NCBI GenBank assembly: GCA_903869345.1
Contig: CAIPYM010000041.1
Span: 904-64,903 of the forward strand
DNA length: 64,000 bases
DNA from: an uncultured Pseudomonadota bacterium
GTDB taxonomy: Bacteria; Pseudomonadota; Alphaproteobacteria; UBA9219
Direction: 5' to 3'
The notes beneath the pieces are model-generated. The model did not search any database. It saw nothing but the letters and a program-made list of their open reading frames with translations, and was not told the DNA's origin. Positions 18,877 to 28,068 of this stretch are shown piece by piece; within the stretch, counting starts at the first letter, position 1; the number at the start of each line of letters is the position of its first letter. The translations under genes were made by a program, and so were the position numbers.

Positions 18877-21800
18877 CTACTCATCCGACGATCCTTCGCC
18901 CGATTCGGAAGAAGCTCCTTCGCCGAAAAAGAGGTTGCGCAGAAACCCTGGCGTCAGGAGCGAAGCGGGGTTCACCGACACGTTAGGATCCTCCAGGGAA
19001 CCCTTGATCGTGTAAGTCAGCGCCAAAATCCCTCCGCCATTTCCGCCCGTCAGCAGGTCCCCCAAAAAGGGCACCGAACCAATCATGCGATTCATAAAAC
19101 TGAAGGGCACGATGGTCCCGGCCAGGTCCACCTCGCCCTTGTCCACCGCCACGCGTCCCGTCGCGTTGATCCCAAACGAAGAGCCGACAGCCCGAAGGTC
19201 CTTGAACGTCAACAGATCATCGTCCCACGTGAAGGCTCCCTGCAGCCGATCAAAACTCGATTGCCCCGTCACAAGGTCCACAAAACCAAAGGGTGAAATC
19301 GCGTGAAAGAGCCGTTCCAACAGAGGCAGACCTTTCACGGCAAACGAACGCGCTTTCAGGGTCCCCCGGAACGCCCCAGGCCGTTCGGCCGTGCTTTCCC
19401 CCTGCACGTCCAACGTGCCCCCCCGCACGTTTTCGGCAAGGTCAAGCGCCGCGAGCCCACCCCCAAAGTCCTCGGCCTTCAGGGTCAGGCTGCGCCCGCC
19501 CCCTTGGTCCGAGGGGCGCGGATGGATCGCAAGCGCCATCTTTTGGCCGTCGCCGACCTCCCCCGTTGCGTCCAGCGACCGCCAGAGGTCCGTCGCATCG
19601 CGCTCGCCGTCCACCCGCACGGTGCGGAGCCGATGGCCCGGCCCCATCAGAACTTCACCAAGGGTCACGGCGTAAATCGTCGCCTCGCCTTTGTTGGAGT
19701 CCACGCCTTTGCTCGCGCTTGCGGCGGATGTCCCCGATGTCGGGGACGGGCGGTCTTTCAACCCCTGCAGATCAAGCCTCGGTCCCGCGAGGCGTACGCG
19801 GCGCAAAGGCACCCCGCCTTTTTTCCCGCCACCTCGTGACGCGGACACGTGATCAATGTGCGCAACAAGATGGGTCGCGCCGAGACGAAACGGAGAAAGA
19901 TCCAGGGTTCGGATCGCCCCCGTCGTGGAATCCAGCGTGCCGGATCCTTTGATCGAAAGCCCGGACGAACCTTGAGCCGTCAGGCTTGTTACCCGCACAA
20001 GGCTGCTCTTTGCGGGCACCGTCGCGCGAACCTTTACCGTGGCGGACGCACCCATGGGCTTCTTCCACGTCGGCGCAAAAAGCGTCACGGCGGCACGCCG
20101 CGCATCCAGCGTCCCCTCGACTGTTCCCGCGCCAAGGGCAGCCTCACGGTACGTGAACGCGACGGCGGCGGTTCCCTGAAACAGCCCCACGTCCCTGAGG
20201 CCCAAGCGTTGCCATCCTGCGTTGTCCAGCATCCCCCGCACGTCAAGCGTGGTGCGGGCCTCGTCCGCGTTCGGTGTGAAAACACTGGTCCAAACGAGGT
20301 CCGCCGGAACCCCCTCCAGCTCAGCCGTCCCCTTCACCGTCAACCCCTGGCCCGTCAGCGCCAGGGCCAAACGCCCCGCCCCCAGGTCCACACCCTTCAC
20401 AACGTCTTGGACACCCACATCGTCCAACTGCGCGTCCGCCGTGATGCCGACATCGCGCATCTGCAAATCTTGCAAAAGCGGCAAGGTCAGGTTGAGCGTC
20501 CCCGTCACCTTGCCCGTCACCGCATTCGGTTTCAGGCCGAACTCTTGCGCATACCCGAGGCGCGGACGGCTGAGGAAGCTCACAACATCTTTCGCGCTCC
20601 CCGTTAGGCGCACGGGCAGATCAAGGGTCTGCGTCGATTCCTCAAACCCGCGAAGGGCCAGGGTAAAGGGCAACAACGTGATCCCCGCACAGGTTCCTTG
20701 GCTGATTCGTACGTCCATATGGCCCAGATCAAACGTCGCGTCGGCCTGCACCCCGTCGACGGGAGGAAGACCCTCCAGGTAGGAGACCTTCATGTTCCGA
20801 GCCATGATCGTTCCTGCCAGAGTCTCCGGCACAACGTCCGTCAGATCCTGGGGGCTCCAACGCCCCGTGAGAGTCACCTCGCCTCGGGTGAAGGTCCCCT
20901 CCGCCACGTTGTCGCGAATCCACACGTAGGCATCCGGCACAATCGCTTTGGGCCAGAACGTGGCGAAAGCGTTCGCGGGCAGGTTGTCCACCGTCAGCGC
21001 CAACGTGAACGTCGGTGGCCCGTGCCCGCCCGGAGGAGGCTCCGAAGGCGCAGTCCGCGTGTCCAGGCCGCGAACCTCCAAACGCCCCGTCAGCTTGGGC
21101 CCACCGAGGTCCAGCACCACCTCGGGCAATGTCAACGTCCCCGCAGCCGCCTCGTAAACCCCTTTGACCGTCAAGCTCTTGAAAGGCGTCGGCGCATCCC
21201 ACAAAGCTGGAATCGTCAAATGCCCCGGCCCACCCTCTAGCCAACCTTCCACCTTCTTGGGCATCAGGTTGTCCGCAAGCTCCATCTGAATCGCACCTCT
21301 GAGGGGGGCATCCAACGCCTCCAGCGCCCGAAGCGGGTCGCCCAACCCCCCAAGAAACGCGGGCGACACGTCATCAAAGCGCAGAGTCACCGTGGGGGGA
21401 CCCGCTTTCGGGTTGTCCACGTAGCGCAGATTCAGCGCCGCCGACGTGCCGTGCCTTGTCACTTCCACGCGGCCCGTCCCCGTCGTTGCCCCCGACGCAC
21501 GCATCAACGCCAACGTCGGAATCGCGAGCGACAGCGTGTCCCCTAAAAGTTCGTCCTCCACTTCGCCGCGTCCATCCTTGAGAACCAAGTGGACAAACGG
21601 CGCGGTTCGTAGCCAAGTGCCGACGGCCAAAGCCGACGAGGTCGTGGCCTCCAGGGACGATTCCGACGCCTCGGCTTGCTGTGGCACCGAGGCCCTCCCC
21701 GAGTCCACGCCTCCCCACTGCAGAGTCCTGTCCCGGCGACGAGTCAGCCAAACCTCCGGACGGTCCAAAATCAGTTCACGCGGAGTCCACCGCCCTCGCG

Positions 21801-22131
21801 CCAAGTCCCCCAGATTCATCCGAACGCCAAAGCGGGGAAGGTTCGCCAACGTCTTCCCGTCGGGACTTTTCAAGACAATGCGCTCGCCCGTCAGGGCCAG
21901 AAAACCCCTTTGCCGATCCCAGATCAGAAGCGACGCCCCGATGCTTGCCGAAGCGTCCGGCGCGAGCTGGGCCAACGCCGTTTCAAGGTACGGGGTCAAG
22001 GTCGCCGATTCGATAGGCCCCAGGGCCAAGCGGCCCAAAAGAATCCCCACGCCCAAAAGAGCAACGGCAACCAGGGCCGCAGCGCCCTCCAGAACGACGA
22101 TGAGAAGTCGGCGAATCACGCGACGAATCAT
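18877..22131 (-). CDS. YhdP/AsmA-family large envelope protein (DUF3971 plus AsmA-like C-terminal domain)
   Basis: 1084 aa with an N-terminal TM and a long beta-rich region. The C-terminus (...GINATGRVAVDKGEVDLAGTIVPFSF...ILALTYTIKGSLEDP) is typical of AsmA/TamB/YhdP. Confidence 0.7.
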   Translation of the reverse strand: MIRRVIRRLLIVVLEGAAALVAVALLGVGILLGRLALGPIESATLTPYLETALAQLAPDASASIGASLLIWDRQRGFLALTGERIVLKSPDGKTLANLPRFGVRMNLGDLARGRWTPRELILDRPEVWLTRRRDRTLQWGGVDSGRASVPQQAEASESSLEATTSSALAVGTWLRTAPFVHLVLKDGRGEVEDELLGDTLSLAIPTLALMRASGATTGTGRVEVTRHGTSAALNLRYVDNPKAGPPTVTLRFDDVSPAFLGGLGDPLRALEALDAPLRGAIQMELADNLMPKKVEGWLEGGPGHLTIPALWDAPTPFKSLTVKGVYEAAAGTLTLPEVVLDLGGPKLTGRLEVRGLDTRTAPSEPPPGGHGPPTFTLALTVDNLPANAFATFWPKAIVPDAYVWIRDNVAEGTFTRGEVTLTGRWSPQDLTDVVPETLAGTIMARNMKVSYLEGLPPVDGVQADATFDLGHMDVRISQGTCAGITLLPFTLALRGFEESTQTLDLPVRLTGSAKDVVSFLSRPRLGYAQEFGLKPNAVTGKVTGTLNLTLPLLQDLQMRDVGITADAQLDDVGVQDVVKGVDLGAGRLALALTGQGLTVKGTAELEGVPADLVWTSVFTPNADEARTTLDVRGMLDNAGWQRLGLRDVGLFQGTAAVAFTYREAALGAGTVEGTLDARRAAVTLFAPTWKKPMGASATVKVRATVPAKSSLVRVTSLTAQGSSGLSIKGSGTLDSTTGAIRTLDLSPFRLGATHLVAHIDHVSASRGGGKKGGVPLRRVRLAGPRLDLQGLKDRPSPTSGTSAASASKGVDSNKGEATIYAVTLGEVLMGPGHRLRTVRVDGERDATDLWRSLDATGEVGDGQKMALAIHPRPSDQGGGRSLTLKAEDFGGGLAALDLAENVRGGTLDVQGESTAERPGAFRGTLKARSFAVKGLPLLERLFHAISPFGFVDLVTGQSSFDRLQGAFTWDDDLLTFKDLRAVGSSFGINATGRVAVDKGEVDLAGTIVPFSFMNRMIGSVPFLGDLLTGGNGGGILALTYTIKGSLEDPNVSVNPASLLTPGFLRNLFFGEGASSESGEGSSDE

Positions 22132-22319
22132 GCGAGAATCCCTTGACGTTCCGGCCCGAGGATGCGCGTAAAGACCTCGGGGTGCGGGAGCCCTCTACTT
22201 TCCACACAAAGCGCACCCCGCACAAGGAGCATCATCTTGGCGCGGAACACGCTCTGTGGCATGATTCGGGGGAAGATGGTTTCCAGGATTGGCGGTGTCG
22301 CCAGGGGAGGGGGGAAAGG

Positions 22320-22841
22320 ATGACAAAGGTTATTAGTGCAAACGATTTTGTGGCGCGTCTTAGGGACGGGACATGCGGATGCGTTGTGGACGTGCGGACG
22401 CTGGGCGAACGCGAGGCTTTGTGCCTGAAGACTCCGTCCCTGTCGCAGCCCTTGGATGTGTTGGATCCCGAGCTTGTGCGTAACGCGCTTCCTGACCCCA
22501 ACGCACCTTTTTTCATCATGTGCAAATCGGGGCGCCGTTCCCAGAATGCCGCGGCTGTTCTGGAAGCGGCTGGCCTGACCGGTGCCACGGTGGTCGAAGG
22601 TGGGATGGATGCCTGTGCCCTCTATGGGGCTGAAATTGTGCACAACCTTCCGCTGTCTCTGGATCGACAAATCAATGTCGGAATCGGTGTGGCGGTTCTT
22701 ATCACCCTTTTTCTCGGTGCGACCGTCTCGCCCTTTTGCTATTGGGGAACAGCCGTGTTGGGGGGAGGGCTCGTTTTTCTCGGCATAACCGGCTCGGGGT
22801 GGCTGCACGCTCTGATGGCCCGAGCCTCCTGGAATCGTTAA
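22320..22841 (+). CDS. rhodanese-domain protein with C-terminal two-TM region (YgaP-like)
   Basis: Start at MTKVISANDF. Rhodanese loop FFIMCKSGRRS. The C-terminus has two hydrophobic helices (DUF2892-like). Confidence 0.65.
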   Translation: MTKVISANDFVARLRDGTCGCVVDVRTLGEREALCLKTPSLSQPLDVLDPELVRNALPDPNAPFFIMCKSGRRSQNAAAVLEAAGLTGATVVEGGMDACALYGAEIVHNLPLSLDRQINVGIGVAVLITLFLGATVSPFCYWGTAVLGGGLVFLGITGSGWLHALMARASWNR

Positions 22842-22866
22842 AACTCTCGCCGTTTTCTCGGCAACC

Positions 22867-23253
22867 TTGGCCTCATCTTACGCAACGGAGCTCATGTCCA
22901 TGAAAGATTATCAAGCCATCACCACAGACGTCTCGGACTACCTTGCCGAAATGCGGAAACTGGCCCCTGGCGTTCTTGCGGGGTTTGGCGATATGGCCAA
23001 AGCTGCTACGGTTTCGGGGGCGCTGGATGAAAAAACCAAGGAACTGATCGCGCTGGCGATTGGCGTTGCAGACCGTTGCGATGGGTGCATTGGATTTCAC
23101 GCACGTGCCCTTGTGCGGCTTGGCGCGACTCGTGCGGAGCTCGCGGAAACGCTGGGCGTTGCCGTTTACATGGGCGGTGGTCCCTCGCTGATGTACGCCG
23201 CCGATGCTCTGCGGGCGTTTGACCAGTTCACACACGAAGCGACGAAGGGCTAA
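22867..23253 (+). CDS. carboxymuconolactone decarboxylase family protein (AhpD-like)
   Basis: ...LIALAIGVADRCDGCIGFHARALVRLGAT is the AhpD-core CxxxH motif. The start may be the internal MKDY. Confidence 0.7.
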   Translation: MASSYATELMSMKDYQAITTDVSDYLAEMRKLAPGVLAGFGDMAKAATVSGALDEKTKELIALAIGVADRCDGCIGFHARALVRLGATRAELAETLGVAVYMGGGPSLMYAADALRAFDQFTHEATKG

Positions 23254-23280
23254 GGGAATCCCTGTAGCCCTCTTGGGACA

Positions 23281-25263
23281 ATGATGGCCCCCCACAAGCG
23301 TAAACCCCCAAAAAAGCAGAGTGTCTCCCACGACGATGAGGACGAGGGTTCCTCGCGCTCGCGGGGAAGGCGATGGGCGATTTTTGGCCTGAAGGCTCTC
23401 GTGCTGAGCGTGATTTGGGGAGGACTCCTCGGGGGCCTTTTGGTCGTTTGGTACGCGTGGGACATGCCCGACATTCGGCAAGTTGTTCAACCCGAACGCC
23501 GCCCCTCCATCACGTTGCTGGCGGACGATGGCTCGGTGCTCATTCGCTACGGGGATTTCACCGGAAAGCCCGTCACGTTGGCCGACGTGCCGCCTTCCCT
23601 CGTTCAAGCTGTCATGGCCGTTGAGGATCGGCGATTCCGGTCGCACAGGGGGGTGGATCCGCTGGGGCTTACGCGGGCCGTTGTGCATAACCTGCTCGCG
23701 GGGTCGGTTGTGGAAGGCGGCTCCACGATCACGCAGCAGCTCGCGAAAAACCTTTTCTTAACGCCCGAGCGAACCGCGCGGCGCAAAGTCCAGGAAATGC
23801 TGCTCGCTCTCTGGTTAGAGCACACGTACACCAAGGACCAGATCCTTGCGGCTTACCTCAATCGTGTCTACTTCGGGGCCGGGGCTTACGGCGTGGACGC
23901 TGCGGCGGAAACGTATTTTGGCAAGCCCATCAGCGCGGTGAATTTGCGCGAATCGGCGGTGCTTGCGGGTCTCCTCAAGGCCCCTTCGCGCTTTTCCCCC
24001 CTCCGTGATCCTTCGTTAGCGCTGGAACGCGCGCGGGTTGTTCTGAGTGCGATGGTGGATGCAGGGTACATCACCGAAGAACAACGCCAAGCCACGCTCG
24101 TGGATATCCCCGTGCCGCGCCGCAAGCCCGAATCCGGGGACGATATTCGCTATTTCGCGGATTGGGTCACGCACCAGGCCTCCTCCCTGATCGAAACTTT
24201 CCCCCAGGATGTCACGATTCTCACGACTCTGGATCCTCATCTTCAAGGTGCGGCGGGGCGGGCTTTGGCCTCCACCTTGAATGCCGAAGAATTGCACGCT
24301 GTGACCGAGGGCACCGTCATTACGCTGGCCCCTGACGGAGCGGTGCGGGCGCTCGTGGGCGGGCGTGATTACGATGTCAGCCAGTTTAACCGCGCCACGC
24401 AAGCCCAACGTCAGCCAGGCTCGGCGTTCAAACCCATCGTGTACCTTGCCGCGCTGGAAGAGGGCCTCTCGCCCGACGATGTGTTTGTGGACGAGCCTTT
24501 CCGAATCGGACGGTGGGAGCCCGTGAATTACGACGGAACCTACCGGGGTTCCGTCACCGCGCACGAAGCGCTCGCGAAGTCGATCAACACCGTCGCCGTG
24601 CGCGTGTTGAACAAGATCGGGGTTGAAAAAGCCATTCGCACGGCGCGGGCTTTGGGTATTTCCTCACCCCTCGCGCCGAACCTCAGCCTTGCGCTGGGAA
24701 GCAGTGCCCTTTCGCCGTTGGAGCTCACGGCCGCTTATGCCTCCCTCGCAGCGGGCGGACGCCCCATCACGCCCTACGCAATCCGGGAAATTCGCGCGAA
24801 CAACGGGCCTGTGCTCTACCGACGCCAAGAGGCCACGCCGCCGGTTCAGGTCTCCTCTCAGGCCGTCGCACGTCTGATTCCGATGCTGGAAGAGGTTATC
24901 ACTTCGGGCACCGGCAAGGCCGCCGCTCTGGGCGACAGACCCGTGGCGGGGAAGACGGGGACCAGCTCGGATTACCGTGACGCTTGGTTCCTAGGGTTCA
25001 CGGCGGATTACACAACCGGCGTTTGGCTTGGCAATGACAACAACGCACCGATGAAGACCGTGACCGGGGGAGCCGCCCCCGCACGGTTGTGGCATGCGTA
25101 CATGGTGCAAGCCGAAGCGTCTCTGCCCGTTCGCCCCTTGCCGTTGCCGGGAGGCCAGGAAGAGAACCGAGTCTTGCCCTCGGGCACTCGCCCTGAATCC
25201 GCACCAAAACCTTCATCCTTTGACCCCATCGGGTCTCTCCTTCGCGCGATTATGGGGGAGTAA
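23281..25263 (+). CDS. class A penicillin-binding protein (bifunctional transglycosylase/transpeptidase, PBP1C-like, 660 aa)
   Basis: GT51 motifs (EDRRF, GGSTITQQLAKN), transpeptidase SAFK and KTGT. N-terminal TM. Confidence 0.8.
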   Translation: MMAPHKRKPPKKQSVSHDDEDEGSSRSRGRRWAIFGLKALVLSVIWGGLLGGLLVVWYAWDMPDIRQVVQPERRPSITLLADDGSVLIRYGDFTGKPVTLADVPPSLVQAVMAVEDRRFRSHRGVDPLGLTRAVVHNLLAGSVVEGGSTITQQLAKNLFLTPERTARRKVQEMLLALWLEHTYTKDQILAAYLNRVYFGAGAYGVDAAAETYFGKPISAVNLRESAVLAGLLKAPSRFSPLRDPSLALERARVVLSAMVDAGYITEEQRQATLVDIPVPRRKPESGDDIRYFADWVTHQASSLIETFPQDVTILTTLDPHLQGAAGRALASTLNAEELHAVTEGTVITLAPDGAVRALVGGRDYDVSQFNRATQAQRQPGSAFKPIVYLAALEEGLSPDDVFVDEPFRIGRWEPVNYDGTYRGSVTAHEALAKSINTVAVRVLNKIGVEKAIRTARALGISSPLAPNLSLALGSSALSPLELTAAYASLAAGGRPITPYAIREIRANNGPVLYRRQEATPPVQVSSQAVARLIPMLEEVITSGTGKAAALGDRPVAGKTGTSSDYRDAWFLGFTADYTTGVWLGNDNNAPMKTVTGGAAPARLWHAYMVQAEASLPVRPLPLPGGQEENRVLPSGTRPESAPKPSSFDPIGSLLRAIMGE

Positions 25264-25365
25264 AAGCGCACAGGGGAAGAAACATGAAATACAATCCCTC
25301 TTGTTTTTAAAAAGTGGAGGGGATGCAGGGATCTAATACAGACATTTATAAGTATAAAATTTCTA

Positions 25366-25394
25366 TTGACTTCTAAAAGGGCTTTGGCTATCCT
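25366..25394 (+). promoter_or_regulatory. near-consensus sigma70-type promoter TTGACT-17-TATCCT in an AT-rich spacer
   Basis: ttgacttctaaaagggctttggctatcct. It is followed about 57 nt later by the stem of an intrinsic terminator. Confidence 0.4.
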
Positions 25395-25400
25395 AAAAGT

Positions 25401-25472
25401 AATCCGATGGCGCAAGTCGGTCGGTAGCAGATGGTACATCAATCCATCGAACGGGGCGAAAGCCCCGTTTTT
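25401..25472 (+). ncRNA. candidate small RNA (about 70 nt) bounded by a promoter and an intrinsic terminator, convergent with the 3' end of the DUF3800 gene
   Basis: No ORF. Long-range pairing CCGATGG/CCATCG. The 3' hairpin ACGGGGC-GAA-AGCCCCGT is followed by TTTTT (25451..25472). Confidence 0.35.
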
Positions 25473-25473
25473 G

Positions 25474-26259
25474 TTAGGGCACCATCTTGATCCCGTAGCC
25501 TAAAATACGTCCTGTCGTTGGAGAGCGATCGTATTTGCTTTGACACAGCACCTGCCTTATCCGGTTGCAAAAATCCCCGATCTTCACGGCGTGTCCTCGA
25601 AGGCTCCTGATGTGCATATGGCTTGGATGCGCCACAAGGTCACACAATTGCAATCCGGCAACATTATCCTTTTTGCAGCGGAATTTCAGGTGAGAAGCAG
25701 GAAGGGCGGTCTGAATCCTTGAAGGCGAGATGTAGTACGTCCCTTCGTTTCTGACGGTCGCAAAAGCGTCTTGCAGGAGGTTGTTTTGTTTCGCCGTGCG
25801 GGCCTCGGGCATAAGGTCCCCTATCGCCTTTCTCCGCTCCAGAAATTGTGTGTATTTTTCGACCATGATGTTCATCAGAAAGTGATAAGGGTGCCGATCG
25901 CGTCCGTGCGTGTTCTTCAAGACGGCTTTTTTATCAAGAAAAGTCGTGATGACAACATAATCGCATTCCCTTGCGATATCCATGATGCGCTTATCAAACA
26001 TGTCGCGCACGTCTTGGCGATTGAGGCACGCGAAGTGTTTTTTCCTTTGAACAATTTCCTTTCTGTGAAAAATGAGCGGATCATCGGGATCATGGCTAAA
26101 AACATCGGCTTTGAGCTCATCGAATTTTGGCTTGAGAACATCGCGTGCGTGGACAATATCCATCACGATTCCCGTCAAGCTGAGGTACCGATGGTTATCG
26201 TCATCCGTGTGAGCCAGATCGTCGTTGCCGACTTCATCAATGTATAATCTGTAAGGCAT
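25474..26259 (-). CDS. DUF3800 family protein (about 261 aa) in a low-GC patch
   Basis: The N-terminus MPYRLYIDEVGND matches the DUF3800 YIDESG signature. The track ORF (25474..26439) runs 60 codons upstream across the xthA start, so the internal M was taken. GC is about 48% against about 65% for neighbours. Confidence 0.65.
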   Translation of the reverse strand: MPYRLYIDEVGNDDLAHTDDDNHRYLSLTGIVMDIVHARDVLKPKFDELKADVFSHDPDDPLIFHRKEIVQRKKHFACLNRQDVRDMFDKRIMDIARECDYVVITTFLDKKAVLKNTHGRDRHPYHFLMNIMVEKYTQFLERRKAIGDLMPEARTAKQNNLLQDAFATVRNEGTYYISPSRIQTALPASHLKFRCKKDNVAGLQLCDLVAHPSHMHIRSLRGHAVKIGDFCNRIRQVLCQSKYDRSPTTGRILGYGIKMVP

Positions 26260-26317
26260 CGGGCATCCGAAACAACAAGTTTCTGAACGAAATAACCACA
26301 CTCCGAGGGGACAAGTC

Positions 26318-27103
26318 ATGCGCATTGCCACGTGGAACGTCAACTCGGTGAGGGCGCGGTTGCCGCTCGTGAGCGCGTTTCTGGAGAAGCACCAACCGGA
26401 TGTTCTTGTGCTGCAAGAAATCAAGGGCGAAGACGACACCTTTCCCCGCGCCGCGTTTGAAGGGCAGGGGTACCATGCCGAGGTTTTCGGCCAGAAAGCT
26501 TACAACGGTGTTGCGATTCTCAGCCGCGAAAAGCCTTACAACGTCCTGCGAGGACTTCCCGGTGACCCACCCGACACGCAAGCCCGGTACCTGGAGGTCA
26601 CGATCGGCGGGGTGCGCATCGCGAGCCTGTACGTACCGAACGGGAATCCTCTGGACAGTGAGAAATACACCTTCAAATTGGCCTGGATGGATCGCCTGAC
26701 CGCGCGGGCGAGGGTGCTTTTGGCGACCGAAGAGCCCGTCCTGCTCGCCGGGGACTTCAACGTCATTCCCACGGCAAAGGACGTGGACGACCCGAGTGGG
26801 TGGGAGCACGACGCCCTCTACGCACCGCCCGTGCGTGCGGCGTTTCGGGCGCTTGTGAATCTCGGCTACACCGACGCCTTGCGCACGTTGCATCCCGATG
26901 ATCCGCGCCTGTTCACGTTCTGGGATTATAAGGCTCGTTCGTGGGAACGCGATGCGGGGATTCGGATTGACCATGTTTTGCTGTCGCCCGAGGCCGCCGA
27001 TCGCCTCACCGAGGCCCACGTGGACCGCGCTTGGCGCGACGAGCCTCAGGCCTCCGACCACGCGCCAGTTATCGTGGAGCTGTCGTGTTGGGCCTTGCGG
27101 TAA
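26318..27103 (+). CDS. xthA: exodeoxyribonuclease III
   Basis: MRIATWNVNS...LQEIK... and a C-terminal SDHAPV; the full length matches the EEP-nuclease family. Confidence 0.9.
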   Translation: MRIATWNVNSVRARLPLVSAFLEKHQPDVLVLQEIKGEDDTFPRAAFEGQGYHAEVFGQKAYNGVAILSREKPYNVLRGLPGDPPDTQARYLEVTIGGVRIASLYVPNGNPLDSEKYTFKLAWMDRLTARARVLLATEEPVLLAGDFNVIPTAKDVDDPSGWEHDALYAPPVRAAFRALVNLGYTDALRTLHPDDPRLFTFWDYKARSWERDAGIRIDHVLLSPEAADRLTEAHVDRAWRDEPQASDHAPVIVELSCWALR

Positions 27104-27153
27104 CGCTCTGTTAAGCGCAGATATTCTGTTGAGCGCGTGGAAGATGGATTTAT

Positions 27154-27699
27154 TTGTGTTTGCAAAGAGATGAGATGATGTCTCTCCTTTCCATCTGGAC
27201 TTACGTCGCAACCGGCTGGACTCATCTCGCAATCGGATTGAGAAAATCTTCGGATAATTACAGAGAAGCCCATTTCTTCGATCATGTTCTTTTACCTCCC
27301 GAAACCCTTCTTCACAGGGCAGCATACCGTTTAGAGAAATATATCCGTAAATCTGGCGACCACTCTGCAGATTCACCGGCCTTTATCCATTTGTGTGCAT
27401 TGATGCGCCGAACATTTTTGAGTGAGGAAAATATTGTCCTTCAACTCGAAGCAGCAGCCATGGTACAGAGAATCATCCCCCAATTAGGCAATGGCGTGTC
27501 ATCCCACAAGCTCCTAGAGCTTGCATCTCAGGCTACATCCGTTTTCGTTCGTCTTTCAATGATCAATTTTATATTAGAGTGGAAAGCGCAAGAAGCCCAA
27601 AACCGGGGACGCGTCATAGAAATGCCGGAAGAACAACCGCAATGTCCTGTTATGCATCCAATGGTTCGTGTTCCAGATCTAACCATTCCAAGCGTATGA
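27154..27699 (+). CDS. hypothetical protein (181 aa), low GC (about 45%), no recognisable domain
   Basis: Only the ORF and the compositional contrast support this call. Its stop codon abuts the macB remnant. Confidence 0.4.
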   Translation: MCLQRDEMMSLLSIWTYVATGWTHLAIGLRKSSDNYREAHFFDHVLLPPETLLHRAAYRLEKYIRKSGDHSADSPAFIHLCALMRRTFLSEENIVLQLEAAAMVQRIIPQLGNGVSSHKLLELASQATSVFVRLSMINFILEWKAQEAQNRGRVIEMPEEQPQCPVMHPMVRVPDLTIPSV

Positions 27700-27722
27700 G
27701 AATCGGGCAAAAATATCCGTTC

Positions 27723-27943
27723 CCGTCCTCGATGTTCGCCACGTCGTCAAGACCTACCATTTGGGCGAGATTGACCTTCACGCGTTGTGGGGCGTTGACC
27801 TGCTCTTTGAACGCGGGGAGTTTGTGGCCATCATGGGGGGCCTCGGGCTCGGACAAGTCCATGCTCATGAACATCCTTGGGGGTTTGGACCGTCCCACCA
27901 AAGGATCGTAGAAGGGCGGGCTGTCACCGTGCTGGACGATTAA
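27723..27943 (+). pseudogene. remnant of a MacB/LolD-type ABC ATPase N-terminus, with at least 2 frameshifts and truncated after about 73 codons
   Basis: Frame A: PVLDVRHVVKTYHLGEIDLHALWGVDLLFERGEFVAIMG. After a +1 shift: ASGSDKSMLMNILGGLDRPTKGS*. A second shift back gives IVEGRAVTVLDD*. Compare the canonical ..GE.[35 protein letters not shown]..LD. There is no start codon, and the rest of the gene is absent. Confidence 0.7.
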
Positions 27944-28068
27944 GGCAGTTCAAGAGGCCCTGAAAACGACCCCCGCCCTTTGCGGACGAGTTCTCAGGTG
28001 ACAAAGGCCACAAAAGTGTCCTAAAGACAACGCTTCAGAGTCGCGTTTACGAGAGAAGGACTAACGAC

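Noticed and set aside
25395-25470. tRNA-like or tmRNA-like element in the AT-rich spacer.
   Set aside because: No cloverleaf could be folded: there is no T-arm GTTCRA motif and no CCA end. It is better explained as the body of the small-RNA candidate.
26260-26439. N-terminal 60 codons of the track ORF 25474..26439 (MSSSPLIS...), which would extend the DUF3800 protein.
   Set aside because: The extension overlaps the divergent xthA start, has core-like GC unlike the rest of the gene, and DUF3800 proteins begin at the MxYRLYIDE motif found at the internal ATG (26259).
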